From Candidatus Omnitrophota bacterium (GTDB taxonomy: Bacteria; Omnitrophota; Gorgyraeia; B26-G9), in contig JBDRPX010000022.1 in assembly GCA_043826565.1 (NCBI GenBank), positions 1 through 62,847 of the forward strand: a stretch of 62,847 nt of DNA. The letters run 5' to 3'. The position numbers and the translations under genes are program-made. Shown piece by piece: positions 8,746 through 19,999 of the stretch. Position 1 is the first letter of the stretch; each line of letters begins with the position of its first letter. The notes beneath the pieces are model-generated. The model was not told where the DNA came from. It ran no database searches and worked only from the letters and a program-made list of their open reading frames with translations.

Positions 8746-9899
8746 AAAAGATCAGCATAATGTATTTAAGAAGCGGCGTGCGTGATGCTGATGTGCTTTT
8801 AGGCGCTGATACGGTTGTTTTAGGTATTGCCCGGGGATTGGACCGAGAGCGATTTAATCCGGTGATTGTTTATTTAACCGATACTGAAAAACAAAAAACA
8901 CCAATACTTGCAGAAGCTGCAAAGTACAAAATTGAAAATGAGAGGGTTTGCCTTAAGTTTAAATTCGATATTATCAGAGCTTTTTTACAGATTAAAAATC
9001 TTATAAAAAAACACGATATTGATATCCTGCACTGCCAGGAATACAAAAGTAATCTAGTGGGCTTTTTGGTTGTAGTCTTTATGAAGAAAAAGGTAATTAC
9101 TACAGTTCACGGGTGGGTTGGCTGTGACTGGAAAGTGAAACTATATGAATTTATTGATTCCTGGGTGATTAGATCATTTGCCAAAATAATCGCTGTTTCA
9201 AAAGTAATGAGTGAAGTTTTAAAAGAAAAGAAAATTTCAGATAAAAAAGTGGAAGTTATTAATAACGGAATAGATAGTGAGGCTTGGGCTCCGGAGAGAG
9301 AAAAAGCAATAATAGCAGATCTTAAGTCTCAGTTGAAGATTGCTGATGATTTTGCGGTTGTCGGTACTGTGGGACGTTTAAGCATTGAAAAAGGCCAGGA
9401 TATCTTTATCCGGGCGGCTTCTGAAGTTTTTCAGGAAAATCCCCGAGTACATTTTATTATTGTCGGCGACGGTCCGTATTTGGAAAAATTTAAAAAATTA
9501 GCTCATGAGTTATTGATGGCTAAGCATATAACTTTTCTGGGGTTTAAAAAAAATATTTCCGAGTATTTGAAAATGATGGATGTTTTTGTACTGCCTTCCC
9601 GCAAGGAAACATTTGGATTGGCGTTACTGGAGGCATTTTATATGAAAAAGCCTGTTGTTTGTACGCCGGTAGGGATTGCCAGCGAAATGGTTATTAATGG
9701 GAACAATGCTATATTGAGCGAAATCGGAGATATTAAAAGCATGTCTGGGGCAATCATCAGCCTTTTGAACGATAAGGAATTTGCCTCTGAATTAGGAAAA
9801 AAGGCATATATTAAGGCAAAGGACTGCTTTTCCTTAAAAAATATGGCGGAAAGCTACTCGCGGCTCTATTGCAGACTTATGGAAACGGAGGATGTTTGA
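8730..9899 (+). CDS. glycosyltransferase family 4 (GT-B)
   Basis: GRLSIEKGQDIFI, IVGDGP, and LPSRKETFGLALLEAFYMKKPVV (EX7E region). Confidence 0.85.
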   Translation: MPRDMKKISIMYLRSGVRDADVLLGADTVVLGIARGLDRERFNPVIVYLTDTEKQKTPILAEAAKYKIENERVCLKFKFDIIRAFLQIKNLIKKHDIDILHCQEYKSNLVGFLVVVFMKKKVITTVHGWVGCDWKVKLYEFIDSWVIRSFAKIIAVSKVMSEVLKEKKISDKKVEVINNGIDSEAWAPEREKAIIADLKSQLKIADDFAVVGTVGRLSIEKGQDIFIRAASEVFQENPRVHFIIVGDGPYLEKFKKLAHELLMAKHITFLGFKKNISEYLKMMDVFVLPSRKETFGLALLEAFYMKKPVVCTPVGIASEMVINGNNAILSEIGDIKSMSGAIISLLNDKEFASELGKKAYIKAKDCFSLKNMAESYSRLYCRLMETEDV

Positions 9900-11143
9900 A
9901 AATAATACGATCTTTGAATATTTTATTGGTTACTGATTCATTTTATCCTGATGGGTTTGGCGGGTGTCACACTTACGTTTACTATTTGGCACGTGGATTA
10001 ATAAAAAAAGGTCATAATGTAGTTGTGGCTACAATAAAACTTAATGATAAACTGCCCACAGAAGAGATAATTGATCAGATAAAAATATTTCGCTATAATA
10101 CGCCAGTAAAAGGAAAGCTGCTTTTTTTATTACGGCCGTTTAATATGTATCTAAACTTGGGGGTAAAAGCGCCCTGGAAGGTGTCAGATTTTGATATTGT
10201 TCATCATCATGATCTTATTGCCGCTTCGGCAATGTATCAACTGAGCCGCTTAAAAAGTGTCCCGGCGTGTTATACCTTCCATTCTTCGGTATATGATGAT
10301 GTAACACATCAGCTAAAGAGAAAATCTTATGGTTTAAAACTCTTTAATAAATTAGTACTGGCAGCAATAAAATCCATGGAAAATTATGTACTAAAAAAAA
10401 GTAAGAAAATTATGGTGTTAAGTGACTTTAGTAAAGGTTATGTTCTTGATAATTATCCAAAGACGCTACCTAGTAAAATTGAAAAAGTCCCGGGTGGGGT
10501 AGATGGGAAGAACTTTTATTATATCGATCGTAGTAAAATGAACTGGGATGAGCAGAGAGATAGATTGGGACTTCCGAAAGATAAAAAAATTGTTTTTACC
10601 GCTCGGAGGTTAGTTGCAAGGATGGGGATTGAGAATCTTATAGAAGCAGCAGTCTTATTGCGCAAAAAGAGAAACGATTTTTTTATAGCTGTTTTTGGGG
10701 ACGGCTTTTTAAAGGGGCAACTCCAGGAAATGATTAACCTTAAAGGGTTGCAGGATAATTTTAAGTTAATGGGAAGGTTTGATTTTAAGGAATTGCCGTC
10801 TTTTTATCATGCTTGTGACCTTTTTATTATGCCGTCTGAATTTTCGGAATGGTTTGGGTTAGCTACCATTGAAGCCCTTTCTTGCGGACTCCCGGTTATT
10901 GGAACTCCCGCAGGCGCAACAGGTGAAATCCTTGAAGGCCTGGATAAGCGTTTAGTTATTTCCGGAGTAACTTCTGCTCATATCGCTGAAAAGATATCTG
11001 AGTTTTTAGGGATGAATAGAAGTGAACTGCTGGAGTTAGGCCGAATCGGCCGGGAATATGTTGAGGCTAAGTACTCCTGGGAAAAAGTTGTAGATGGAGT
11101 AGAGGCTGTTTATTTAAAGATGTTGGATACTAATACAAATTAA
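9896..11143 (+). CDS. glycosyltransferase family 4 (GT-B)
   Basis: ILLVTDSFYPDGFGG N-terminus and MPSEFSEWFGLATIEALSCGLPVIGT. GGAGGA RBS before TTG 9896, overlapping the upstream stop. The track ORF starts at TTG 9869. Confidence 0.8.
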   Translation: MKIIRSLNILLVTDSFYPDGFGGCHTYVYYLARGLIKKGHNVVVATIKLNDKLPTEEIIDQIKIFRYNTPVKGKLLFLLRPFNMYLNLGVKAPWKVSDFDIVHHHDLIAASAMYQLSRLKSVPACYTFHSSVYDDVTHQLKRKSYGLKLFNKLVLAAIKSMENYVLKKSKKIMVLSDFSKGYVLDNYPKTLPSKIEKVPGGVDGKNFYYIDRSKMNWDEQRDRLGLPKDKKIVFTARRLVARMGIENLIEAAVLLRKKRNDFFIAVFGDGFLKGQLQEMINLKGLQDNFKLMGRFDFKELPSFYHACDLFIMPSEFSEWFGLATIEALSCGLPVIGTPAGATGEILEGLDKRLVISGVTSAHIAEKISEFLGMNRSELLELGRIGREYVEAKYSWEKVVDGVEAVYLKMLDTNTN

Positions 11144-11157
11144 GTTATGAATTTAAA

Positions 11158-12843
11158 ATGAATATTAAGAAAATAAAAATTCTATTAATATGCGGAGTGT
11201 TTTTGTTTTTAAAGGTGGATTTATATGCCGGAGCACAAAGCATTATTTCGGATATTAATATTGAGCCGGAGCCGAAACAAATTACTTTTAGTGAGGAACT
11301 GATTGTCCTTGATGGGGCCTGGCGAGTTGTAGTTGAGGATGAGCTGTTAAACATAGCGCAGATACTATCCCAAAAGATAAATGAAAAATTTAAGGTGAAC
11401 ATACCTGTAGAAAAATTTTCCCCCGGCATGCAGGGTAAAAATATAGTTTTAAGCTTGATTCAAAATGACAGCTGGCTGGAAAAAAATGGAGTGTTTTCTG
11501 ATGCAGATCAGGTGGTTATCGGGCAGCAGGGATATATTTTAACGGTGTCGGCGGGTAAGATTGCCATCTTTGCTAATACCGATAGAGGGGTTTTTTACGG
11601 GGTCCAGAGTTTGCTGCAGCTTTTTAATGAAAATAATTCTCGCTTATGTGTGCCGGGAGTTACTGTGATTGATTATCCGGACACTAGCGTGAGGGGTATA
11701 CACCTTTGCGGATTAGATTATAATACTATTTATAAACAGATTGATCGATTGGCAGAATTGAAGATCAATATGCTGATTTTTGGAGCATGGGATTTCTTTT
11801 ATCTTGATGATTTTAAGAAAAAGATGCAGATGGAGAAAGTATTCCAATATGCCCGGGAACGTTACATTGAGCCGGTTCCGGAGATTCCCGGGTATAGTCA
11901 TGTGATTCCGCTTTTGGAAAGAAATCCTAATTGTGCTGAAGGCCGCTGGATAAAGGACGAAAAATATAGGTTTAAAAATAATATTGCGGAGGCAGAACCG
12001 GATAATAAATATGATTTGAATAATGTTTTAATTTCAGATAGTTCTTCGGTTGTACTTATCTCTGAAGTGACCGGGCAGATATTTGAGCCGGGAATTGATT
12101 ATGAGATTATTCCGGCAGAACTTAGCTATCCTTATCGTGAAGATAATCCGGAAATTAAAATTAAACGTCTTGTAGGAAGCCGGATAAAAGATAAGGAAGT
12201 TGTGTTTGTAGAATACAACTGTGTTCCGGAGGATTGCGAATGGATCCCTTATTGTCCATCGGAAAAAGCAACTTATGAGATTATGTTTTCAACAATTGAT
12301 CGTGTAATTGAGTTACTTAAGCCTAAGTATATAAATATTGCACATGATGAGATCATGGGAATAAATGCCGATAGCCGGTGCCGAAAAAGAGGATTAAGTA
12401 ATGCTCAGCTCTTGGCTGAAGATATTAATAAAATATATGCCTATATTAAAATGAAGGATTCTTCAATTAAAGTTATGATGTGGGATGATATGCTTAATCC
12501 ATGGCATAACGGTGGTAATGAGAATCTTCATCTTGTCGCTGGTGGTAAGAAGGGGGGTACCGCCCAGGCGATTAAAATGATTTCTAAGGAAATAAGTATA
12601 TTATTATGGTGGTATGAGGGGAATGACCGCCTGGAAAAGCTGAGTAAAAGCCCGGCTTTTTTTGCCGATTATGGTTTTGAGTTTTTTGTCTGTCCTTGGA
12701 AGAATAAAAAGAATATTAACGAATGGGCAGAAATATCACAAAAGGAAGATATGTGTGCCGGGATTATTGGAACGGCCTGGGAGGGATGGGATAAGAACCT
12801 TTCTTCCATAATATATGTGGCAAAAAAGGCTTGGCGTAATTAA
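11158..12843 (+). CDS. secreted GH20-like glycoside hydrolase (putative beta-N-acetylhexosaminidase-like)
   Basis: Signal peptide. GH20b-like block GYILTVSAGKIAIFANTDRGVFYGVQSLLQLF. TIM-barrel start VIDYPDTSVRGIHL..IDRLAELKINMLIF. Candidate D-E pair in NIAHDEIMG. The family call is tentative. Confidence 0.45.
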   Translation: MNIKKIKILLICGVFLFLKVDLYAGAQSIISDINIEPEPKQITFSEELIVLDGAWRVVVEDELLNIAQILSQKINEKFKVNIPVEKFSPGMQGKNIVLSLIQNDSWLEKNGVFSDADQVVIGQQGYILTVSAGKIAIFANTDRGVFYGVQSLLQLFNENNSRLCVPGVTVIDYPDTSVRGIHLCGLDYNTIYKQIDRLAELKINMLIFGAWDFFYLDDFKKKMQMEKVFQYARERYIEPVPEIPGYSHVIPLLERNPNCAEGRWIKDEKYRFKNNIAEAEPDNKYDLNNVLISDSSSVVLISEVTGQIFEPGIDYEIIPAELSYPYREDNPEIKIKRLVGSRIKDKEVVFVEYNCVPEDCEWIPYCPSEKATYEIMFSTIDRVIELLKPKYINIAHDEIMGINADSRCRKRGLSNAQLLAEDINKIYAYIKMKDSSIKVMMWDDMLNPWHNGGNENLHLVAGGKKGGTAQAIKMISKEISILLWWYEGNDRLEKLSKSPAFFADYGFEFFVCPWKNKKNINEWAEISQKEDMCAGIIGTAWEGWDKNLSSIIYVAKKAWRN

Positions 12844-12869
12844 GAAATGAATAGCAAAAGGAGCTTTAA

Positions 12870-13964
12870 ATGAAAAAGAAAGTACTTGTCGTAGCCGGCG
12901 CGCGTCCGAATTTTATGAAAATCGCGCCATTGATGAAACAATTTGCCAAGAGCAGTAAATTCCAGGCTTTGCTGGTACATACCGGCCAGCATTATGATTA
13001 TAAAATGTCTAAGATATTTTTTGAGAATCTGCATATTCATGCTCCGGATATCTATCTGCGGGTGGGCTCAGCTTCCCATGCGGTACAGACAGCAAAAATT
13101 ATGGAGTCATTTGAAAAGGTTCTTATAAAGGAAAAGCCGGATCTGGTTATGGTTGTCGGTGACGTTAACTCCACGCTGGCTTGTTCTTTAACCGCAGCTA
13201 AATTAGGCGTAAAAACAGCGCATGTCGAAGCAGGATTGCGCAGTTTCGACCGCCGAATGCCTGAGGAGATCAACCGGTTGGTTACGGATGCTCTGTCCGA
13301 TTATTTATTTGTCAGTGAAGAGAGCGGGCTTAAGAATTTAAAAAAAGAAGGTGTGAGCCCGGCTAAGGTTTATTTTGTCGGTAATATCATGATTGATACT
13401 TTACTTGATAATATGCCGGCAATTGAGCGGTCATTGATTTTAAAAAAACTCGGGATAAAACCAAAAACTTATGGCGCGATGACTTTGCATCGCCCGGGAA
13501 ATGTAGATTCCCGCAAGGCTCTGGAACAGATTTATACGATCTTAAAAGAGGTTACCCGTAAGACAGTTATTATTTATCCCCTCCATCCGCGGACGAAAAA
13601 GATGATTGAAAAACATAAATTCTTAGCGAAATTTAAAGCGCTTAAAAATCTGCGCATGATCGAGCCCCTTGGCTATATTAATTTTGTTAAACTGGTTAAA
13701 AACTCCTGTTTTGTTCTTACTGATTCGGGTGGAATTCAGGAAGAGACTTCAGTTTTAAATATTCCCTGTTTAACGATGCGGGAGAATACCGAGCGTCCGC
13801 TGACTATCACAGAGGGAACTAACTATCTTGTGGGAAGAGACAAAAAAGAAATTATGGCAAAGATTAACATAGTATTAACGGGAAAGGCAAAAAAGAAAAG
13901 GACTCTTACCTTATGGGATGGTAAAACTGCCCAGCGTATTATGGGAGCCCTTAAGAAATTATGA
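12870..13964 (+). CDS. wecB: UDP-N-acetylglucosamine 2-epimerase (non-hydrolysing), copy 1
   Basis: VVAGARPNFMKIAPL, HTGQHYD, GDVNSTLA, VEAGLRSFDRRMPEEINR, DSGGIQEE. Confidence 0.9.
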   Translation: MKKKVLVVAGARPNFMKIAPLMKQFAKSSKFQALLVHTGQHYDYKMSKIFFENLHIHAPDIYLRVGSASHAVQTAKIMESFEKVLIKEKPDLVMVVGDVNSTLACSLTAAKLGVKTAHVEAGLRSFDRRMPEEINRLVTDALSDYLFVSEESGLKNLKKEGVSPAKVYFVGNIMIDTLLDNMPAIERSLILKKLGIKPKTYGAMTLHRPGNVDSRKALEQIYTILKEVTRKTVIIYPLHPRTKKMIEKHKFLAKFKALKNLRMIEPLGYINFVKLVKNSCFVLTDSGGIQEETSVLNIPCLTMRENTERPLTITEGTNYLVGRDKKEIMAKINIVLTGKAKKKRTLTLWDGKTAQRIMGALKKL

Positions 13965-15901
13965 AGATAGACTCGTTAGGTACAATTATGTTAAATATAA
14001 GTAAACAGTTTTTTCAGCAAATACGGTATTTCTTTGAATACATATTTTATTGTTTTTTCTATTTTCGGCCAAAAAACGTGGATTTTCCCGAGATAAAAAA
14101 TATACTGCTTTGCAACGGTGCCGGCATCAGTGAGATAGAGCAGGACTTTAAAATAATTTTTCCTGAAACAGAGGAAAAAAAAATCAAAGATGCGGATTTA
14201 ATATCTAAGCATGTATTTGATGTTTTAGGAAGCGGCTCTCAAAAGGTAAGCGCTGACGGTCAAGAATATCAGTTAATTAATTGGCAGAGTGATTTCAAGT
14301 CTGGTTTTAAATGGAATCCCAGAACTTTTTTTCGGTATGTTAGGTTTGGCGATAAACGTGGAGTTGATATAAAAGTTCCCTGGGAATTATCGAGGTTCCA
14401 TCATTTGCATAGTTTGGGTCAGGCATATGTTTTAACTCATCAAAGCTGTTATGCCCGTGAGTATGTGAATCAGATAAAAGATTGGGTAATGCAAAATCCG
14501 GTAGGGTTTGGAGTGAACTGGGTTTCCCCTATGGAGGCATCTATTCGGGCTGTAAACTTATTGACATCCTTAGAATATTTCTCTCAAGCCAGGGAAGTCC
14601 AGAACCGAGAATTCCTGGGCGAGTTTTATCAGAGTATTTGTGAACATGGCTTATTCATATACAGACACCGGGAATACTCTTCTTGTTTGAGAACAAATCA
14701 TTATTTAAGTAATCTTGCAGGCTTATTTATTATTTCCGTGTATTGCCCGTTCTTTTCTCATAGTAAAAGTTGGCTGCAGTTTGCTATTAGAGAGCTTAAT
14801 CAGGAGATGGTACATCAAATTTATTCTGATGGATGTGACTTTGAGGCGTCCACAGCATATCACCGGTTAGTGGTAGAGATGTTATTTTACGCGGAACTGA
14901 TTGGAAAAAGGAAAGGGGTTGAAATAGGGACATTTTTTAATGAAAAACTTAAAACTATGTTTGAGTTTATTCTTTATGGAATTAAACCGAAAGGAACAAT
15001 ACCTCAGATCGGGGATAATGATAGTGGCCGGTTTTTGTGTTTTAACCCGAGATCTTCTTTAGATTGTGAGTATCTATTGTTGTTGGCAGCAGTCTATTAC
15101 CGGATGAATGATTTTAAATTGTCTGGCGCGGTGTTTGACGAAGAAGTTTTTTGGGTTTTTGGCGGCTCAGGAAAGAAAATTTTTGATGAATTGTCCCCTC
15201 GTCGTCAGGAGCGTTTATCCCGGGCTTTTTCTGATGCGGGGTGGTATGTGTTACGGCATAAAGATATTTATTGTTTTATTTCGTGTGGTCCGAATGGGCA
15301 GGATGGTATTGGTGGGCATGCGCATAATGATAAACTGAGTTTTGAGTTAACAATAAATGGCGAAGATGTTTTTGTGGATCCGGGAACCTATGTTTACACT
15401 GCTTATCCGGAACAGCGGAATGATTTCAGGTCTACAGGATATCATAATACCATTGTTTTTGAAAACATAGAACAAAATAGAATTTCTGACAAACATATGT
15501 TTACTTTATCCGACAGACTGATCAGAAAAAATATTATTTTAGAAGAAAACGATTCGACAATAAATTTTTCCGGTGAAATTTATTATGCGGGGTGTAGCCA
15601 TAAAAGAAAGCTGGTAATTGAGAAAGATAGTAGTGAGATAAAAATACTGGATGTTGTTTCTCCTGAGAGAATTAAAACGGCAAAGCTGATTTTGCATTTG
15701 TCTCCGGGGGTTATTTTCTCCGAAGGGATTATTATGTCTAAAGAGACCAAACAGAAAGTGCTGTCAATTTCTGCGCCGGAGTGTTATTTTAAAATAGAGA
15801 ACTATGATTATTCTCCAGGTTACGGGAAAAAGATAAATGCTCAGCGATTGGTTATTAGTAACTTTACTAAAAATTTAATTCAGATATCTTTCATAGTTTA
15901 A
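13961..15901 (+). CDS. heparinase II/III-like protein
   Basis: ATGA overlap with wecB. Central WELSRFHHL and C-terminal GGHAHNDKLSFEL motifs are typical of heparinase II/III-like proteins found in O-antigen/EPS loci. Confidence 0.65.
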   Translation: MKIDSLGTIMLNISKQFFQQIRYFFEYIFYCFFYFRPKNVDFPEIKNILLCNGAGISEIEQDFKIIFPETEEKKIKDADLISKHVFDVLGSGSQKVSADGQEYQLINWQSDFKSGFKWNPRTFFRYVRFGDKRGVDIKVPWELSRFHHLHSLGQAYVLTHQSCYAREYVNQIKDWVMQNPVGFGVNWVSPMEASIRAVNLLTSLEYFSQAREVQNREFLGEFYQSICEHGLFIYRHREYSSCLRTNHYLSNLAGLFIISVYCPFFSHSKSWLQFAIRELNQEMVHQIYSDGCDFEASTAYHRLVVEMLFYAELIGKRKGVEIGTFFNEKLKTMFEFILYGIKPKGTIPQIGDNDSGRFLCFNPRSSLDCEYLLLLAAVYYRMNDFKLSGAVFDEEVFWVFGGSGKKIFDELSPRRQERLSRAFSDAGWYVLRHKDIYCFISCGPNGQDGIGGHAHNDKLSFELTINGEDVFVDPGTYVYTAYPEQRNDFRSTGYHNTIVFENIEQNRISDKHMFTLSDRLIRKNIILEENDSTINFSGEIYYAGCSHKRKLVIEKDSSEIKILDVVSPERIKTAKLILHLSPGVIFSEGIIMSKETKQKVLSISAPECYFKIENYDYSPGYGKKINAQRLVISNFTKNLIQISFIV

Positions 15902-15910
15902 GGAGGTAAT

Positions 15911-18040
15911 GTGAAACAAATTCTTATCAAAAAAGGTAAAATCTATGCGGAGGATGTTCCTGTGCCGACAGTGAGTAAAGATTCCGTATTAGTTGAAGTT
16001 GAGTATTCGTGTATTAGCGCCGGGACTGAGCTTTCTAATATTTATAACTCTAAGCAGACGATTATGGAGGCGGCCATAAAGCAGCCGAAAAAAATAGAGA
16101 AGGCTATAGATACTCTGAAAAATGAGGGTTTTTTGAAAACAATTCGAAAAATTAATAATTTTCAAAAAAATTCTGAGCAGGTCCAACAATTGGGCTATAG
16201 TGCAGCAGGAAGAGTAATCGAGGTAGGAGAAAATATAAGCGATATAATCGTGGGAGATATGGTTGCTTGTGGCGGAGCCGGAGTGGCAAATCATGCCGAA
16301 TATATAGAGGTTCCGAGAAATCTTTTAGTGAAACTTTCCGCGGGAATTGAGCTAGACTTGGCTTCAACTGTGAGTTTGGGAGCTATTGCGTTGCAGAGTG
16401 TTCGACGGGCTGACGTTAAAATTGGAGAATATGTTGCGGTTATCGGTCTGGGGATTTTAGGGCAAATTACGGCTCAATTACTTAAAGCAAATGGCTGTAG
16501 AGTGATGGGAGTCGATATAAATCAAAGGCGTATCAAAAAAGCCCTTGCTTTGGGGCTGGATAAAGCAATTGATGCGTCATGCGAAGATGTTGTAACTGCG
16601 GCAGTTTCTTTTGCGAATGGATTGGGGGTTGATGCGGTAATTATTACTGCTTCGGATAATTCCAGTACTTTACTTAATCAGTCTTTTCAAATTTCTCGGA
16701 AAAAAGGGAAAGTAGTGGTCGTGGGGGCGGTAGGGATGGAAATAGACCGTGAGAGAATGTACAGAAAAGAATTAGATCTGCTTATTTCGACTTCTTATGG
16801 CCCAGGCCGTTATGATGAAAATTATGAGCAAAAGGGGATAGATTATCCGTATGCCTATGTGCGATGGACGGAAACGAGAAATATGCAGGCGTACCTCAAT
16901 CTTATTGCCGATGAGAAAATCAATATTAGGCCTTTGGTTGAGGAAGTGTATGAGATAGAAGATGTGGAGAAAGCTTATGCGTGTCTTTCAAGAGCCGAAG
17001 ATAAACCACTGATTGTTTTGTTGAAGTACAGTCGGAGACACAATATATCTAAAATCATTGAGGTTCAACCGCGGTTAGTGAAAAAAAACGGCTTAATTAA
17101 TATTGCGGTTATTGGTGCGGGTAATTTAGCGAAGGGAGTGCATTTGCCCAATTTAATGAAATTAAAAAAATTATTTAATATATATGCCATAGTAAGCAAA
17201 ACCGCCAGTAATGCGAAAATTACCGCTCAGCAATTCGGAGCACAATATGCGACTACTGATTTCCGAAAAATAATAGAGGACGAAAAGGTTGATGCTGTGT
17301 TGATTGCGACAAGACATGATTTGCATGCGGAAATGGCCAGGGAATCATTACTTTCCGGAAAGGCAGTTTTTTTGGAAAAACCCATGGCTATACACAAAGA
17401 AGAGCTCGATAAATTGGTTAAATTAATCAAAGACAAGAATCTGCCTTTTATGGCAGGATTTAACCGAAGATTTTCTCCATATGCGCGGGAAATAAAAAAA
17501 CATATTCTATCCAGAGTTAACCCTCTCATAATTAACTATCAAATGAACGCTGGATATATTTCTCCGGAACACTGGGTCTATTCCGAAGAAGGTGGAGGCA
17601 GAATCATTGGCGAAGCTTGCCATATATTTGATTTATTTACCTATTTTACCGATTCGACAATTAAAACTGTTTCACTGGACAGATTAACCCCCAAGACAGA
17701 TTACTATAAAGCGCAGGATAATATTGTTATTACGCTACAGTTTACTGACGGCAGCGTGGGCACATTATTATATACTACTCTTGGCCCGGAACAGTATCCT
17801 AAAGAAATGTGTAATGTGTTTTGTGACAACAAGGTGTTTGTTATTAAAGATTATAAACAGTTGGAAGGTTATGGAATTTCCGTGAAAAATGTTTCATCGG
17901 CTTATCCTGATAAAGGACAGTATGAAGAATTGATAGAATTTGCTCGCTTTGTTAGAGGTGATATTGAACAGCCGATACCTCTTTGGCAAATGGTTCAGAC
18001 AACGGAAATTAGTATAGATATAGAAAAAAATAAATATTAA
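15911..18040 (+). CDS. bi-domain oxidoreductase (Zn-ADH/GroES-like + Gfo/Idh/MocA)
   Basis: GGAGG RBS plus GTG start. N-terminal half has the Rossmann motif VIGLGILGQ. C-terminal half has INIAVIGAGNLAKGVHLP and the Gfo/Idh/MocA EKP motif (VFLEKPMA). Confidence 0.8.
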   Translation: MKQILIKKGKIYAEDVPVPTVSKDSVLVEVEYSCISAGTELSNIYNSKQTIMEAAIKQPKKIEKAIDTLKNEGFLKTIRKINNFQKNSEQVQQLGYSAAGRVIEVGENISDIIVGDMVACGGAGVANHAEYIEVPRNLLVKLSAGIELDLASTVSLGAIALQSVRRADVKIGEYVAVIGLGILGQITAQLLKANGCRVMGVDINQRRIKKALALGLDKAIDASCEDVVTAAVSFANGLGVDAVIITASDNSSTLLNQSFQISRKKGKVVVVGAVGMEIDRERMYRKELDLLISTSYGPGRYDENYEQKGIDYPYAYVRWTETRNMQAYLNLIADEKINIRPLVEEVYEIEDVEKAYACLSRAEDKPLIVLLKYSRRHNISKIIEVQPRLVKKNGLINIAVIGAGNLAKGVHLPNLMKLKKLFNIYAIVSKTASNAKITAQQFGAQYATTDFRKIIEDEKVDAVLIATRHDLHAEMARESLLSGKAVFLEKPMAIHKEELDKLVKLIKDKNLPFMAGFNRRFSPYAREIKKHILSRVNPLIINYQMNAGYISPEHWVYSEEGGGRIIGEACHIFDLFTYFTDSTIKTVSLDRLTPKTDYYKAQDNIVITLQFTDGSVGTLLYTTLGPEQYPKEMCNVFCDNKVFVIKDYKQLEGYGISVKNVSSAYPDKGQYEELIEFARFVRGDIEQPIPLWQMVQTTEISIDIEKNKY

Positions 18041-18057
18041 GGATGGGGTTATATTAA

Positions 18058-19992
18058 ATGTGCGGAATTGTCGGAATTTTGAACTGTTCTAATAACACAC
18101 CGGTTGATGAAGAAGTCCTGAAGAAAATGCGTGAAACCATGATTCATCGCGGTCCGGACGGGGCCGGGATTTGGATATCTTCTGATAAACGGATTGGTTT
18201 TGCGCACCGCAGGCTTTCTATTATTGATTTGTCAGATGCGGCTACTCAGCCAATGTGTAATGAGGACCGGTCTGTCTGGATAGTGTTTAACGGAGAAATA
18301 TATAATCATGCGGAATTAAGGCAGGAATTACTGCAAAAGGGTCATAAATTTAAAACCGACCACAGCGATACGGAAGTGATTATTCACGCATATGAACAAT
18401 GGGGTAAAGCCTGTGTGCTAAGGTTTAGAGGCATGTTTGCTTTTGTGATTTGGGATGAAAAATCCCGAAGCTTGTGGTTTTGCCGTGATTATATCGGGAT
18501 TAAACCGTTATATTATACTTTTTTTCAGGGGAAATTTATTTTTGCTTCGGAGATTAAAGCTATTTTGGCATACCCGGGGATGCATAAAACTGTTGATGAG
18601 GTAGCTTTTTATCACTACTTATCGTTTTTAACAACTCCTGCCCCGCAGACTTTATTTGCCGGAATCCAAAAACTTCCTTCAGGATGCTCCGGAAGCTTAA
18701 ATAGTGATGGGCAGGTTATCGTAGAGCGTTATTGGGATGTGGCAGATAATAGAGAGTCATTACACGGTGTAAGTGAGCAGAAAATAGCAGAAAAGTTATT
18801 AGCGGAATTAAGAACATCTGTTGCCTATCGCAAAGTTAGTGATGTGCCCGTAGGAATTTTTCTTTCCGGGGGATTGGATTCCAGCACTAATGCCGTGCTT
18901 TTTGCTGAAGGAGAGAGGAAAAAGATTAAAACCTTTTCTATTGGATATGACCAGGAATACGCTAGTTATACTAATGAATTTGCTTATGCCCGAACAGTAG
19001 CTAAACTTATCGGGGCAGAACATCACGAAAAAATTCTTTCTTCCTCTGACCTTCTGGATTTTTTACCGCAGCTTGTTTATTACCAGGATGAACCGATTGC
19101 TGATCCGGTATGTGTGCCGATTTATTTTATCTCCAGGTTAACCAGGGATCAGGGGGTAATTGTTGCGCAAGTAGGCGAGGGGAGTGACGAGTTGTTTTGT
19201 GGATATCCTTTTTGGAAAACTTTTATCAAACTTCAAGAGCTAAGCAATTTGCCTTTTATGAATTCTTTAAAAAAGATGGGGATGTTTTTTTTAGAAAATA
19301 GTGGGCAGGAGTTGGATATGAAATATGAATTGCTTCGCCGGTCAATTCATCAGGAACCAGTTTTTTGGGGGGGCGCAGAAGGTTTTAATGAAAATGAAAA
19401 AAAATATCTTCTTTCTGATCGACTGAAAAAAAAGTTTAAATCGTACAGTTCGTTTGAGGCAATCAAACCTATCTGGGAACGGTTTAACGCAAAAGTCGAA
19501 GAAAAATCACCTTTAACCTGGATGGGGTATCTTGATTTGAATTTGCGTTTGCCTGAACTCCTGTTAATGCGTGTGGATAAGATGACAATGATTGCCTCTC
19601 TGGAGGCGCGGGTTCCTTTTCTTGATCATAAATTTGTGGAATTAGCTATGAGCATTCCGCAGTCCCTAAAAATAAAAAAGGGGGTGCTTAAATATATTCT
19701 GAAACAGTCAGTAAAAAAAATTCTTCCTGCGGAATTAGTTACTAGAAAAAAACAAGGGTTTACGGTGCCGGTAACCGAATGGTTTTTAGATAAGCTCGGC
19801 ACTTTCGGGAGGGAAAAAATTTTTACTTTTTGCCGAAGAACAGATTTTTTTAATAAACAGTATATTGAGAAACTGTTTCAAATGAATAATGGGTATAAAC
19901 TTTGGTATATATTGAATTTTATTTTATGGCATGAATTTTGGGTCGAAGGTAAAAACGAAAATGATTGGTTAACTAAAAAAAATAATTATTAG
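18058..19992 (+). CDS. asnB: asparagine synthase (glutamine-hydrolysing)-type amidotransferase
   Basis: MCGIVG N-terminal nucleophile and the PP-loop FLSGGLDSS. AsnB-like amidotransferases are known members of exosortase/PEP-CTERM EPS loci. Confidence 0.9.
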   Translation: MCGIVGILNCSNNTPVDEEVLKKMRETMIHRGPDGAGIWISSDKRIGFAHRRLSIIDLSDAATQPMCNEDRSVWIVFNGEIYNHAELRQELLQKGHKFKTDHSDTEVIIHAYEQWGKACVLRFRGMFAFVIWDEKSRSLWFCRDYIGIKPLYYTFFQGKFIFASEIKAILAYPGMHKTVDEVAFYHYLSFLTTPAPQTLFAGIQKLPSGCSGSLNSDGQVIVERYWDVADNRESLHGVSEQKIAEKLLAELRTSVAYRKVSDVPVGIFLSGGLDSSTNAVLFAEGERKKIKTFSIGYDQEYASYTNEFAYARTVAKLIGAEHHEKILSSSDLLDFLPQLVYYQDEPIADPVCVPIYFISRLTRDQGVIVAQVGEGSDELFCGYPFWKTFIKLQELSNLPFMNSLKKMGMFFLENSGQELDMKYELLRRSIHQEPVFWGGAEGFNENEKKYLLSDRLKKKFKSYSSFEAIKPIWERFNAKVEEKSPLTWMGYLDLNLRLPELLLMRVDKMTMIASLEARVPFLDHKFVELAMSIPQSLKIKKGVLKYILKQSVKKILPAELVTRKKQGFTVPVTEWFLDKLGTFGREKIFTFCRRTDFFNKQYIEKLFQMNNGYKLWYILNFILWHEFWVEGKNENDWLTKKNNY

Positions 19993-19999
19993 CAATAAA